From contig DATJXE010000005.1 in the NCBI GenBank assembly GCA_035500505.1, positions 318-64,317 on the forward strand: a stretch of 64,000 nucleotides of DNA, written 5' to 3'. Position numbers and translations under genes: made by a program. Of this stretch, positions 9,274-18,913 are shown one piece after another (the stretch's first letter is position 1; every line of letters begins with the position of its first letter). The DNA comes from Minisyncoccota bacterium (GTDB taxonomy: Bacteria; Patescibacteriota; Minisyncoccia; Phycocordibacterales; UBA2100). The notes below the pieces were generated by a model that saw nothing but the letters and a program-made list of their open reading frames with translations, did no database searches and was not told where the DNA came from.

Positions 9274-10625
9274 TGTCCGGCGCGGCCCAACGCATCGATC
9301 GCAGTTCTGATCCTGCGTAAAGAAACTTCTTTGCCGACGGCCGACATAATAGTAAACGGGTCAGGGCTTTTTTTCTTACCCGATAGGGCATAGCGCAAGG
9401 GCCAAAGGACCTCCCCTCTCCCCTCTTTGTCGGCATAGGGCCAAATGGCCGATCTCGCTTTCTCGGCATCCGAGATGTCCGCGTCCGAAATTCCCTGGAT
9501 GAATCCTGATACGGCTTCCAAATGTTTTGCCGCAACAGCCGCAGAACTTCCTTTTTGCGAAATGTCCGAGGCGACGAGCTCCGGATCGGAGAAGAAAAAA
9601 TCCAATTCGCCGTCCGCGACCATTGTTCTCAAGTCTTGCCACGTGCTGATGCGCTCACGAACGACGTGGATGAGTTTGTGCGCGACGTTCTCGTTCCACG
9701 CGTGGTTGCGTTTTTGCAGTTCCTCTTCGAGGATACGCAAGACTTCTTCGTTGAAATCGTCCGCCCGCAGTCGTAGAAGGTGTTCCCGATTGAACCACTT
9801 AAGTTTTTCGATATCGAATATCGCGCCGGCTTTTTGCACGTGTGAAATATCGAACTGCTCGACCATTTCCTGCATCGTGAAAAGTTCTTGCTCGCCTCCC
9901 GGATTCCATCCCAGGAGCGCGAGGTAATTGACGATGGCTTCCGGGAGAAATCCTTGTGCGCGATACTCATTCACGGAGACAGCGCCGTGGCGCTTCGAGA
10001 GTTTGCTGCGGTCAGGCGCCAGGATGAGCGGGATGTGCGCGTACTGCGGCCGTTCGAATCCGAGAGCTTCAAGGATGAGTATCTGACGGGGTGTGTTGGA
10101 GATGTGGTCTTCTCCGCGGATGACGTGCGTAACGCCTGTGTCGTGGTCGTCTATCACCACGGCAAGATGGTACAGAGGGTCGGTCACGGAGCGTGCGATG
10201 ACGAAATCCTTGAGCTCGTCGGTCTTGAAGGTCACTTCCCCGCGGACAAGATCATTGAAGGTGATGGTCGTGTTGGGATTCTTGAAGCGGACGACTTTCT
10301 TGCTCGGATCGTCCGTCGCGGCTTCGGCTTCGTATGCGGCTCCCGCATCGATAAGTGTCTTGACGTATCCTCGGTAGACCGCGGTGCGCTCGGATTGCCT
10401 GCGTATGTCCGGCCAGGCGTACGGGATCTTGAGCCACTCGATGCCCTGCACGATGTCATCTTCGAACTCTTTTTTGCTGCGCTCGATGTCGGTGTCCTCG
10501 AAACGGAAGTACATCACGCCGCCGTGGTGTGCGGCAAAGAGGTAGTTGAACAGCGCGGTGCGCGCGCTGCCAATGTGGAAATATCCTGTCGGGGACGGCG
10601 GGAATCGCGTAACGACCTTGCTCAT
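9270..10625 (-). CDS. gltX: glutamyl-tRNA synthetase
   Basis: ATG at 10625 gives MSKVVTRFPPSPTGYFHIGSARTALFNY (HIGH) and KLSKR (KMSKS). Confidence 0.9.
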   Translation of the reverse strand: MSKVVTRFPPSPTGYFHIGSARTALFNYLFAAHHGGVMYFRFEDTDIERSKKEFEDDIVQGIEWLKIPYAWPDIRRQSERTAVYRGYVKTLIDAGAAYEAEAATDDPSKKVVRFKNPNTTITFNDLVRGEVTFKTDELKDFVIARSVTDPLYHLAVVIDDHDTGVTHVIRGEDHISNTPRQILILEALGFERPQYAHIPLILAPDRSKLSKRHGAVSVNEYRAQGFLPEAIVNYLALLGWNPGGEQELFTMQEMVEQFDISHVQKAGAIFDIEKLKWFNREHLLRLRADDFNEEVLRILEEELQKRNHAWNENVAHKLIHVVRERISTWQDLRTMVADGELDFFFSDPELVASDISQKGSSAAVAAKHLEAVSGFIQGISDADISDAEKARSAIWPYADKEGRGEVLWPLRYALSGKKKSPDPFTIMSAVGKEVSLRRIRTAIDALGRAGQ

Positions 10626-11764
10626 ACGGGTTCGTGTTCCAACGACGAGTCGATGAGGACCGCGGCTATCTTGCGCGCGGCTTGCGGGCGGGCGAAGGCG
10701 CGTGCCGCTTCGCTCATCTTCCCACGCAGATCCGCGTCGTCGACAATGCGTTTGATCTCGGCGGCGAGCACGTGCGGCGTGAGATTGCGCTGTTCGATGA
10801 CGACCGCGGCGCCCGATCGGGCGTAGGAAAATGCATTCTCCGTCTGGTCGTGCGAGACGTCGGTTGGAATGGGAACCATGATTGAAGGCAATCCCCACGA
10901 AGCGATCTCAAAAATGGTTCCTGAGCCGGCGCGGGAGACGACGAGCGTCGCAATGCCGGCCGACATGCGCAGCGCGAGTGTATTCAAAAGGCCAAAGGGG
11001 GCATACCGAGCCTTGTGCGGTGAGTCTTTGAGAACGACGGCGGCAAGACGCGCGATCTGCTCGAGATTGGCGCTGCCGACCTGGTGGATGACGTTGTACG
11101 AGGCGACGAGGTCCGGAAGCGCGTCCAGCACGACCTCGTTGATGGCGACGGCACCTTGCGAACCTCCCATCACGAAGACGGTCGGAATATTCGGTTCGAG
11201 TTTTAGGAATTCATAGCCGCCTTCTTTGGTCGGAGTCTCTATCTCCTTGCGTATCGGATGTCCCGTCTGCGCGATGCGGTGGCGTATCTTTTCGGGGAAC
11301 TTCACGGCGGCTTCCGGGTGTGCGAGCGCTATCCAGCGCGCGAACTTCGCCGACCACAACGAGACGCGGCCCGGCGTTGCATCGGCATCGTATATCGCGA
11401 CGGGGATCTTCAGAAGCCGCGCGGCATAGAGGGTCGGAAATGCCGCGTAGCCGCCGGTCGAGAAGATAATGTCCGGGTAGATCGAGAAGAGCTGGAAGGT
11501 CGCCTGGACGATGCCCCAGCCGGTCGCGAACACCCCCAGAACGTTGAATATGCTGCCGTAGCGGCGCATTTTGCCCGCAGGCGAAGCGTGATACTCGATG
11601 TCGTGCTCCACGAGCGCGCGGGGATCAAAGGGAGCCGGTCCGAGGTAGATAAGTTCCGGCTCTATCAAGGTGCGCTCGCGTGAAATGTCCTGCACGGCCT
11701 CCGCGACCGCAATAAGCGGGTAAAAATGCCCTCCTGTCCCGCCACCAACCAACACTATCTTCAT
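10622..11764 (-). CDS. murG: UDP-N-acetylglucosamine--lipid I transferase
   Basis: MKIVLVGGGTGGHFYPLIAVAEAV is the N-terminal G-loop signature. Its stop overlaps the gltX start. Confidence 0.9.
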   Translation of the reverse strand: MKIVLVGGGTGGHFYPLIAVAEAVQDISRERTLIEPELIYLGPAPFDPRALVEHDIEYHASPAGKMRRYGSIFNVLGVFATGWGIVQATFQLFSIYPDIIFSTGGYAAFPTLYAARLLKIPVAIYDADATPGRVSLWSAKFARWIALAHPEAAVKFPEKIRHRIAQTGHPIRKEIETPTKEGGYEFLKLEPNIPTVFVMGGSQGAVAINEVVLDALPDLVASYNVIHQVGSANLEQIARLAAVVLKDSPHKARYAPFGLLNTLALRMSAGIATLVVSRAGSGTIFEIASWGLPSIMVPIPTDVSHDQTENAFSYARSGAAVVIEQRNLTPHVLAAEIKRIVDDADLRGKMSEAARAFARPQAARKIAAVLIDSSLEHEPV

Positions 11765-11831
11765 TCGCCCTATTGTACCTCAATTTCAAAACGCTTTCCC
11801 CCGCTTGATGTGAGACTTCTCGGAACGTCCC

Positions 11832-11934
11832 CCCGCCGCAACATACTTTTCGGGGTCGGGTCGTTTTCTGCTGAAAACGCCCTGCCTCTCGCGCCAAGCG
11901 CTCCGAGACACCCCGAAAAGTATGTTGCGGCGGG
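11832..11934. repeat. perfect 25-bp inverted repeat with a 53-nt loop in the ftsW-murG intergenic region
   Basis: cccgccgcaacatacttttcggggt (11832..11856) pairs perfectly with accccgaaaagtatgttgcggcggg (11910..11934). The loop holds a nested GTTTTC/GAAAAC palindrome. Confidence 0.8.
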
Positions 11935-11949
11935 ATATGCGTCGACTCT

Positions 11950-13065
11950 CTACAGTTCAGGTCCGCCGCGGCGCTGGTGCCTCGAGATGTTGAGCAAGAT
12001 ACCCGCAGAAGCGAGCGAGGTCAGCATGGCGCTGCCGCCCTGGGAAACGAACGTGAGCGGGATCCCCGTAAGCGGCGCAACCCCGAGCATCGAGGCGATG
12101 TTGAAAAACGCTTCAAAGGTGAGGTATGTCGAAATGCCTATGCCGAGCAGCATGCCGAACATGTCCGGCGCGCGGGCAGCCACGTAAAATCCGCGCAACC
12201 CGAACAGAAGGAACAGAACGATAAGCCCGATGGAGCCCACGAAACCGAGCTCCTCCCCCGCGACGGCGAATATCGAGTCCCCCATCGGCTCCGGCAAATA
12301 CGTGAATTTCTGTATCCCTTGCCCCCAGCCGCGACCGAGAAGTTCGCCGGAACCAATCGCTATCAAGGATTGTTTTATCTGGTATCCCTGCGACGTCTGA
12401 TCGGCGGAGGGGTTGATGAACGTCTCCACCCGCGCGCGGATGTAGGGTGTCGTCGCCACGAGAATGCCGAGGACGAGAACGGCGGACGCTCCCACGATGA
12501 AAAGGTGCGACAAGCGCGCGCCTGCGACCCAGAAAACGGCAAAGACCGCCACGCACAAGATACCAAGTGTTCCAATGTCGGGTTGTAGGATGAGAATAGC
12601 CGCAGGAATAAGGATGATCCCCGCAAAACCGCCGAGGCCCCACGTCCACGTGCTCACTCTCGCCCGCATCGCGGTGAAGTAGGCGGCCGCGAACATGATG
12701 GAACCGACCTTCATCGCTTCGGAAGGTTGGAAAGAAACATGCGCGACGACGATCCAGCGTCGGCCGCCCAAGAGCGTCGCACCGATGTGCGGGACGAAAA
12801 CGAGCGTGGTCAATAGTATAGAAAGCACATAGAGGTATGGAGCGAAACGGCGCCAGATGCGGTAATCAATGATCGTGCACCCGACGAGCGCGACGAGCCC
12901 CGCGCCGACGCCAAGCACGAGATGGTTGAAGACGACGGACGGAATGTTGGTCGCACCGCGCGCGAGAAGTCCGAACGCCGCAGAAGCGAATATCATGCAG
13001 CCTCCGAACAAAAGTACCGCAAGGAGAAGTGCGAGCGGCGTGTCGATACGCAGTGATCTTTTCAC
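11950..13065 (-). CDS. ftsW: FtsW/RodA/SpoVE-family peptidoglycan glycosyltransferase
   Basis: 371 aa, polytopic, SEDS-family conserved C-terminal motifs. Adjacent to mraY and murG. Confidence 0.85.
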   Translation of the reverse strand: MKRSLRIDTPLALLLAVLLFGGCMIFASAAFGLLARGATNIPSVVFNHLVLGVGAGLVALVGCTIIDYRIWRRFAPYLYVLSILLTTLVFVPHIGATLLGGRRWIVVAHVSFQPSEAMKVGSIMFAAAYFTAMRARVSTWTWGLGGFAGIILIPAAILILQPDIGTLGILCVAVFAVFWVAGARLSHLFIVGASAVLVLGILVATTPYIRARVETFINPSADQTSQGYQIKQSLIAIGSGELLGRGWGQGIQKFTYLPEPMGDSIFAVAGEELGFVGSIGLIVLFLLFGLRGFYVAARAPDMFGMLLGIGISTYLTFEAFFNIASMLGVAPLTGIPLTFVSQGGSAMLTSLASAGILLNISRHQRRGGPEL

Positions 13066-13067
13066 GG

Positions 13068-14132
13068 TTATTTTGTCGCGAGGAGCGCAATAAGAACCCC
13101 GGCGAACGCGAGCGCTATCGAAAGCACCCAGTAGCGCATGACGACCTTGTGGCCGGGCCAGCCGATGGCTTCAAAATGGTGGTGGAGTGGCGCGATACGC
13201 AACAATTTTCTGCCGAAAAGCCGTTTCCAGAGCATTTGTAGCACGTCGGAGAGGACCGTCACGACGAGAAGAGCTCCGACGACGGGCAAAACGGCAATAC
13301 CGACGCCGCCGCCGAGCTGGTCGGTCATGAAGGCGACCGTCCCGAGCGAGAGCGTGAGCGCCATTGTCCCGGTGTCGCTCATGTAAAAGCGGGCAGGCGG
13401 GATGTTGAACCACAGAAAGGCCAAGAGCCCGCCGACAATGGCGGCACAAAAGGCGGCGAGGTTTACCTGTCCGTACGAAAAGGCGATGAGCGTGTAGGCC
13501 CCGAATATCGAGGCAAATACTCCGCCGGAAAGACCGTCGATGCCGTCGATGACGCCGGAGGCGTAGAGGCACAGCGATATGAAGATGAAGAGCGGCACGA
13601 TCCCCCAGTCGAGTTGGAGTGGGGTGGAAAACGGGATGTTGATCGTCGAAACGCCGAGCTTTGACCAGAACCACCAACCAATAAGAAATGAGAGCAAGAA
13701 GACGATGAGAAGCCGGTACCGCAGCTGCATCCCCTTCCCTCCAGGACGAATGACAAGGAGGTCATCCACAAGGCCTACTCCCGCACCCACGATGAGCGTT
13801 GCGAACGGTATCCAAGTCTCGCCACGGCTCAAGAAGTTGAGGCTCGACAATCCCTCGGTCGGTATCAATATAGCGAGCGCGACTAGGATGAGAGCGCTCA
13901 GAACAACGCTCGCCCACACGACGATGCCGCCCATGCGCGGCGCTCGCGTCTCGTTGCCGTTGTGCAGTCTGTTGAACTCTTCCGCGAGCGTCCCGTAGAG
14001 CGTGTGCTTGCCGGGAGTCTTTTTCCACGCGCGGTAGCGGTAGAGGTATCCGGTGACGATGGGCGTTATGGCAAGTCCTATCAAAAAAGAAAGGGTCGCG
14101 GGCACAAGCACCCGAACAAGGTCGGAAAACAT
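13068..14132 (-). CDS. mraY: phospho-N-acetylmuramoyl-pentapeptide transferase
   Basis: MraY fold with DD motifs (GLVDDLL, DGIDGL). 354 aa. Confidence 0.9.
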   Translation of the reverse strand: MFSDLVRVLVPATLSFLIGLAITPIVTGYLYRYRAWKKTPGKHTLYGTLAEEFNRLHNGNETRAPRMGGIVVWASVVLSALILVALAILIPTEGLSSLNFLSRGETWIPFATLIVGAGVGLVDDLLVIRPGGKGMQLRYRLLIVFLLSFLIGWWFWSKLGVSTINIPFSTPLQLDWGIVPLFIFISLCLYASGVIDGIDGLSGGVFASIFGAYTLIAFSYGQVNLAAFCAAIVGGLLAFLWFNIPPARFYMSDTGTMALTLSLGTVAFMTDQLGGGVGIAVLPVVGALLVVTVLSDVLQMLWKRLFGRKLLRIAPLHHHFEAIGWPGHKVVMRYWVLSIALAFAGVLIALLATK

Positions 14133-14182
14133 AGCCCTATTGTACGGCCTTGCGGGCAGCGCGCAAAACCGATCCTAGGCAT

Positions 14183-14313
14183 CGGGTAAAGGCCGTTACT
14201 TTGTCGAACTCCGTACTCATCTCAAATAGAACGTATATCACCACTGCGAAAAATACCTTGAGCAACTCGAATGTGTCACGCGCGAGGTTCGCCTAAGTAA
14301 CAGCCTTTACCCG
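14183..14313. repeat. 19-bp imperfect inverted repeat (1 mismatch) with a 93-nt loop between dacB and mraY
   Basis: cgggtaaaggccgttactt (14183..14201) pairs with aagtaacagcctttacccg (14295..14313). Confidence 0.6.
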
Positions 14314-14320
14314 AAACGTC

Positions 14321-15256
14321 TTACTTCCCTCCCGCGATGGCTGCTTGCGCCGCGGGAACGAGTTGCTCCATGTCGCTGAAACGACCGTCTTCCGTCGAGC
14401 CGAGAACGACCGCGACGACCGGGTGACCGTCGCCCGCGTCGAAAACGACCGCGAGGTTGCCGCCAGCGAGATCGGTGTAGCCGGTCTTCCCCATCAAGAT
14501 GCCCGGGATGGCATCGAGCGCCGCGTCGGTATTCACCGCCGTGATGCTTTTGCCGTCTATCGTGGAACGGGTCACGCTCGTGTGAGTGGTCGCCGAGAAC
14601 GTCGAGAGGGATGTCGTCGCTGCATAAGCCATGAGGGTCGCGACATCGCGCGCCGAGCCGTATGCACCTGATTGCGTCGTCGAGAGATCGAGGCCGGAAA
14701 CGTTCAGGAAGTAAGTGTTGGTGAGCCCGAGCGCGTGGGCGAGGTCGTTCATTCGCCAAAGAGTCGGATCGCTTGCCGAAGCATCAGAATACCTTGCGAG
14801 GATCGCTGGATCGGCCGCCTGTGCGAGCAGCTCCGCACCCTCGTTGGAAGATTCGACCAAGGTCACATCGATGAGATCCTGTACGCGCCACTTAGTTCCC
14901 GCGGCGATCTGTATCGGCGCGCCGTCCGGAGTCTTATGCGCGGGGATGGTGATGACGTCACCGGGTGGGAGCACTTGTGCAACGGAGAGCATGAGAGCGA
15001 CCTTGGTGAGCGAAGCAAGCGGAAGCTGCGCGTTCTCGTTCTGTTTGTAGAGAACCTTTCCCGTATCGAGATCCAAGACGTAGGCACTTTTGGCTATCAA
15101 GGAAACCGACGAGAACGGATCAGGAGTGGAAGCCGCCGCGGCGGGCTCGCCTTTTTCAAGAGGGGTATACCACGCGCCTGCGAGCGCGTATGCGCCGAAA
15201 AATCCTACGGCGGCGAGAACGAGCAGCATGAGCGCTGTAGAAGTGGCGCGCAGCAT
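14321..15256 (-). CDS. dacB: D-alanyl-D-alanine carboxypeptidase (S11, PBP5-like)
   Basis: SxxK as ASLTKV, SxN as ESSNEG, KTG as GKTGYT. The start was chosen at 15256 for minimal overlap with scpB; 15298 is also possible. Confidence 0.75.
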   Translation of the reverse strand: MLRATSTALMLLVLAAVGFFGAYALAGAWYTPLEKGEPAAAASTPDPFSSVSLIAKSAYVLDLDTGKVLYKQNENAQLPLASLTKVALMLSVAQVLPPGDVITIPAHKTPDGAPIQIAAGTKWRVQDLIDVTLVESSNEGAELLAQAADPAILARYSDASASDPTLWRMNDLAHALGLTNTYFLNVSGLDLSTTQSGAYGSARDVATLMAYAATTSLSTFSATTHTSVTRSTIDGKSITAVNTDAALDAIPGILMGKTGYTDLAGGNLAVVFDAGDGHPVVAVVLGSTEDGRFSDMEQLVPAAQAAIAGGK

Positions 15257-15263
15257 GCGGCTC

Positions 15264-15851
15264 TCAATCGTTGTGGGAGTCTGCGGGTTCTGTTCCATGG
15301 CCGAATGGCTCGCTCGCCTGCTGAGATCTCTCGAACGCCGCCAATTCGTCGCGAATAGTAGCATATTCCGGAAGTTCTTGCGCGGAACGGACCCCGAGAT
15401 GTGCAAGAAGTTCGACCGTCGGGCGGTAGAGATACTCGCGAGCGTCTTCCGGATTGCCGGTGCGTTCGACGAGCCCGCGCGAAAGGAGCGTGCGTATCGT
15501 CGTGCTCGAATTCACGCCGCGCACGTAGTCTATTTGCGCGCGCGTCGAAGCACCTCGGTAGAGTACGATGGAAAGAACTTCGAGGCCCGCGTCCCCTATT
15601 TCCTCGCCGAGCTCTTTTTGGAACGCTTTTTCAAGGGCGCCCTGCGTTTTCGGCGCGACCGCAAGAGACAATTCCGTCTCGCTTTTGACGAGCGTTACAC
15701 CGCGTTCCGAAAGCGCCACGTCGAGCTCTTCGACGGCGCGGGAAAGCTCGTCTTGCTTGCATTCCAAGAGCTGCAGCAACTTTTTGCGCGATACCGGACC
15801 TCCTTCCGCGAAAAGGAATGCCTCGAGTCTTGTCGCGATGTCTGATGTCAT
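15264..15851 (-). CDS. scpB: segregation and condensation protein B
   Basis: Two winged-helix repeats. Its start overlaps the scpA stop. Confidence 0.85.
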   Translation of the reverse strand: MTSDIATRLEAFLFAEGGPVSRKKLLQLLECKQDELSRAVEELDVALSERGVTLVKSETELSLAVAPKTQGALEKAFQKELGEEIGDAGLEVLSIVLYRGASTRAQIDYVRGVNSSTTIRTLLSRGLVERTGNPEDAREYLYRPTVELLAHLGVRSAQELPEYATIRDELAAFERSQQASEPFGHGTEPADSHND

Positions 15852-16576
15852 ACTCCGTATTTCGGCGTTCCCGCGGCACCCTCAAGTTCGATGGTGATGT
15901 CGCTGAAAAGTTTGTCCTGCGTAACGCTCGCGCTCCCAGAACGCACGAGCTCCAGCATCGCGAGAAAATGCACGATGCGCGATTCCCTGTCGGCTCCTTT
16001 GGTGAGGTCGCTGAAGCGGGCTTTGAACGCGCGCGTGAGGCGATCTTTGAGCGACACGATGACGTCCTCGAGCGCGAGGACCGGTGCTATGGCGGCTTGG
16101 ATCACCGTTTCCGGCTTCGGGAGCGTGTTCAAGAGGCGCTGCATCGCGGAGCGGATGGTCGATCCGTTGGCTTCAGCGGGAGAGAACACGACGGGCCGCG
16201 CGGGAGTGTGTTTCGGAAAGAATAGCGGTGCCCTCCCCCATTCCTTGCGCAAGAGCTTCGCCGCCTTGCGGAAGAGCGCGTACATCTTGAGCCGGCGTTC
16301 GAGTTCTTCGACGCTTTCTCGCTCTTCTTCGGAAAGTTCAAGGGTCGGCAGGAGCGCGCGGGATTTGATGAGGAGCAAGGTGGACGCGACGAGGATGAAT
16401 TGCGCCGTCTCTCCGAGCGGCATTTCCGGCAGCTTCTCGATGTACGCGAGATACGCGTCGCACACTTGCGAGAGCGACACGTCGGAAACGGGCATCTTCC
16501 GCTCCTCGATAAGGTCGAGGAGGGTCTCCAACGGGCCTTGGAAGGAGCCTGTCGCCAGCTCAAAACGTTCGCTCAT
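15848..16576 (-). CDS. scpA: segregation and condensation protein A (kleisin)
   Basis: LSQVCDAYLAYIE....LLELVR is the ScpA pattern. 242 aa. Confidence 0.85.
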   Translation of the reverse strand: MSERFELATGSFQGPLETLLDLIEERKMPVSDVSLSQVCDAYLAYIEKLPEMPLGETAQFILVASTLLLIKSRALLPTLELSEEERESVEELERRLKMYALFRKAAKLLRKEWGRAPLFFPKHTPARPVVFSPAEANGSTIRSAMQRLLNTLPKPETVIQAAIAPVLALEDVIVSLKDRLTRAFKARFSDLTKGADRESRIVHFLAMLELVRSGSASVTQDKLFSDITIELEGAAGTPKYGV

Positions 16577-17967
16577 GACTTTTTCTTTTTTATTTCGATA
16601 CCGAGTTCTGCGAGTTGCTCCGGGGTCAGTGGTTTCGGCGCCTTCATCACGGCGGTCTGTCCACCGCGCGTCATCGGGAATGCCTGGACCTCGCGCAGGT
16701 AGGATTCGCCCGTGAGGTTCATGAGATTTCGCTCGATACCGAGCGCGATGCCGCCGTGCGGCGGAGCGCCGTACTTGAACGCTTCGAGCATGTGTCCGAC
16801 GCGCTCCCCTGTTTCCTCTGGCGTGTATCCCATGATCTCGTACGTCGCTTTCAAAAGCTCCGGCTTATGGGTGCGAATGGAACCGCCGCCGGTTTCGAAC
16901 CCGTTGCACACCAGGTCGTATTGGGTTGTGAGGATCTCTCCGACATTCTTCTTCTTCAACAGCCATTCGACATGCTCCGGTATCGGCATCGAAAAAGGAT
17001 TATGCGTGAAGGTCCACGTACCGTCATCGTTTTTTTCGAAGAACGGGAATTTGTAGACCCACGCGTAGGCCAATACTCCCTGCGATCTCTCCTCCTCGGT
17101 CCGAAGATCGAATTTGTCGGCGCCGAATTTGGCAAGGGCCTCTTTGTGCGTAAACCGAGGGAATGGTTTTTTCTTGATCACAAAACCGAGGGCTTCCACG
17201 GTCTCGATCATCATCTCTTCGACCGTGTGCATGACGTCTTCCTGCTCGACGAATGACATTTCGATGTCGACTTGGGAGTGTTCGAAGCCGCGGTCGGCGC
17301 GGAGGTCCTCATCGCGTACCGCGCGAGCGATCTGGAAGTACCGCTCGAACCCAGCGACCATCAAGAGTTGTTTATATTGCTGTGGTGACTGCGGCAACGC
17401 ATAAAAATTCCCGGGATGCCTGCGGGACGGCACGACGAAATCACGCGAGCCTTCCGGCGTCGATTCGGTCAGAAGGGGGGTTTCGATCTCGATGAAATTA
17501 TGTGCAACAAGATATTTGCGGCACAGGCGCACGAATTCGCTGCGCAATTTCATGTTGCGCTGCATTCGCGGGCTGCGTAGATCGAGATACCGGTATTGCA
17601 AACGCGTTTCCTCGCCAACCTGCGCCGTGTCGGTCGAGATATCGAACGGCGGAGTTTCCGATTCGCTCAGTATCTCTATCTCGGTGATCTTGAGCTCAAT
17701 ATCGCCATTGTGCTTCCCCTTTTGAATATTTTTCTCCGGCCGCGCGTTCACTTCGCCGCGTATGGAAACCGCGTACTCAACGCGAGTGGTCTTGGCAGTT
17801 TCTATCGCGGCGCTTGAGGGCAAAACGACCCCCTGCACGCCTCCGCTCATGTCCCGTATGTCGAAAAATACCATCTTGCCTTGATCGCGGCGCACGCTTA
17901 TCCAGCCGCAAATGGTCACGGTTTTCCCGATGTGTTTTTTGAGGTCGCCGATGAGTACGCGTTCCAT
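16573..17967 (-). CDS. aspS: aspartyl-tRNA synthetase, archaeal/eukaryotic type (about 464 aa)
   Basis: Trimmed to MERVLIGDL at 17967. Class II motifs FERYFQIARAVRDEDLRADRGFEHSQVD and GGGSIR are present. It is shorter than bacterial-type AspRS. Confidence 0.85.
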   Translation of the reverse strand: MERVLIGDLKKHIGKTVTICGWISVRRDQGKMVFFDIRDMSGGVQGVVLPSSAAIETAKTTRVEYAVSIRGEVNARPEKNIQKGKHNGDIELKITEIEILSESETPPFDISTDTAQVGEETRLQYRYLDLRSPRMQRNMKLRSEFVRLCRKYLVAHNFIEIETPLLTESTPEGSRDFVVPSRRHPGNFYALPQSPQQYKQLLMVAGFERYFQIARAVRDEDLRADRGFEHSQVDIEMSFVEQEDVMHTVEEMMIETVEALGFVIKKKPFPRFTHKEALAKFGADKFDLRTEEERSQGVLAYAWVYKFPFFEKNDDGTWTFTHNPFSMPIPEHVEWLLKKKNVGEILTTQYDLVCNGFETGGGSIRTHKPELLKATYEIMGYTPEETGERVGHMLEAFKYGAPPHGGIALGIERNLMNLTGESYLREVQAFPMTRGGQTAVMKAPKPLTPEQLAELGIEIKKKKS

Positions 17968-17968
17968 A

Positions 17969-18910
17969 TTACAGTGCGACTCCGACTTTCTGCCGGACGT
18001 CGGCCATTTTTGCTGACGCGAGAGAACGCGCTTTGTCACTCGCCTCTTTCAGTATTTTGTCGACCTCTGCATCTGAAATGTTCGCACGGCGTTCGCGCAT
18101 CGGCGCGATGACCTTCTCGATGTCTTCGATGAGCGCCTCCTTACTTGCCTTGTAGTTGCCCTTGTTCGCTTTATAGACGGGGCCCAGTTCGCCCTCGCTC
18201 TTGAACAAGCGGTGGATGTTGTAGACGTTCTCGGGGCTTTCGCCGCCCGAATCGGTCACGATGGACATGACCGCTTTCGTTATCTCTTCGCGCGAACCAA
18301 AGAGCGGGATGGTATTCCCGTAGCTTTTGCTCATCTTTTTGCCGTCGGTACCGGGCACGATGGCGACCGACTTCAGAATCATTTCTTTGGGCTCTTTGAA
18401 GGCTTGCCCGAACGCATTGTTGAATTTTGTCGCGATCTCGCGCGCGTATTCGATGTGCTGCTTCTGGTCCTGCCCGACAGGCACGACGTCGCTGTCGTAG
18501 AGCAGAATGTCGCACGCCATGAGGACCGGGTAGTCGAATAGACCGACGTTGGTCTCAAGCCCGCGAGCCTCTTTGTCTTTGTACGCGTGTGCGAGTTCGA
18601 GGAACGACATCGTAACGAGGCAATTGAATATCCAGGTGAGCTCGGTGTGCTCGGGCACTTGGGATTGCTGGAACATCGTCGCCTTTTTCGGATCGATGCC
18701 GACGGCGACGTAGTCGCGAACGACATCGCGGATATTTTTGCGAAGTTCCGTGGGGTTCTTCAGCGTCGTCAACGCGTGGTAATCCGCGACCATGAGGAAG
18801 CTTTCGTATTTCTCGTACGCCTCGGCGAAGGGTTTCAGTACCCCGAAATAGTTGCCGATGTGCAGTGCGCCGGATGGTTGGAGGCCGGTAAAAAGTCTCT
18901 GCATGAGCAC
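17969..18910 (-). CDS. trpS: tryptophanyl-tRNA synthetase
   Basis: GLQPSGALHIGNY (HIGH) and KMSKSYGN (KMSKS). Confidence 0.9.
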   Translation of the reverse strand: MLMQRLFTGLQPSGALHIGNYFGVLKPFAEAYEKYESFLMVADYHALTTLKNPTELRKNIRDVVRDYVAVGIDPKKATMFQQSQVPEHTELTWIFNCLVTMSFLELAHAYKDKEARGLETNVGLFDYPVLMACDILLYDSDVVPVGQDQKQHIEYAREIATKFNNAFGQAFKEPKEMILKSVAIVPGTDGKKMSKSYGNTIPLFGSREEITKAVMSIVTDSGGESPENVYNIHRLFKSEGELGPVYKANKGNYKASKEALIEDIEKVIAPMRERRANISDAEVDKILKEASDKARSLASAKMADVRQKVGVAL

Positions 18911-18913
18911 TCA

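Noticed and set aside
8068-9393. Plus-strand ORFs 8068..8568, 8575..9393 and 8729..9310
   Set aside because: They are antisense to the M23 peptidase gene, which has clear LytM motifs. Their composition is low-complexity Arg/Leu.
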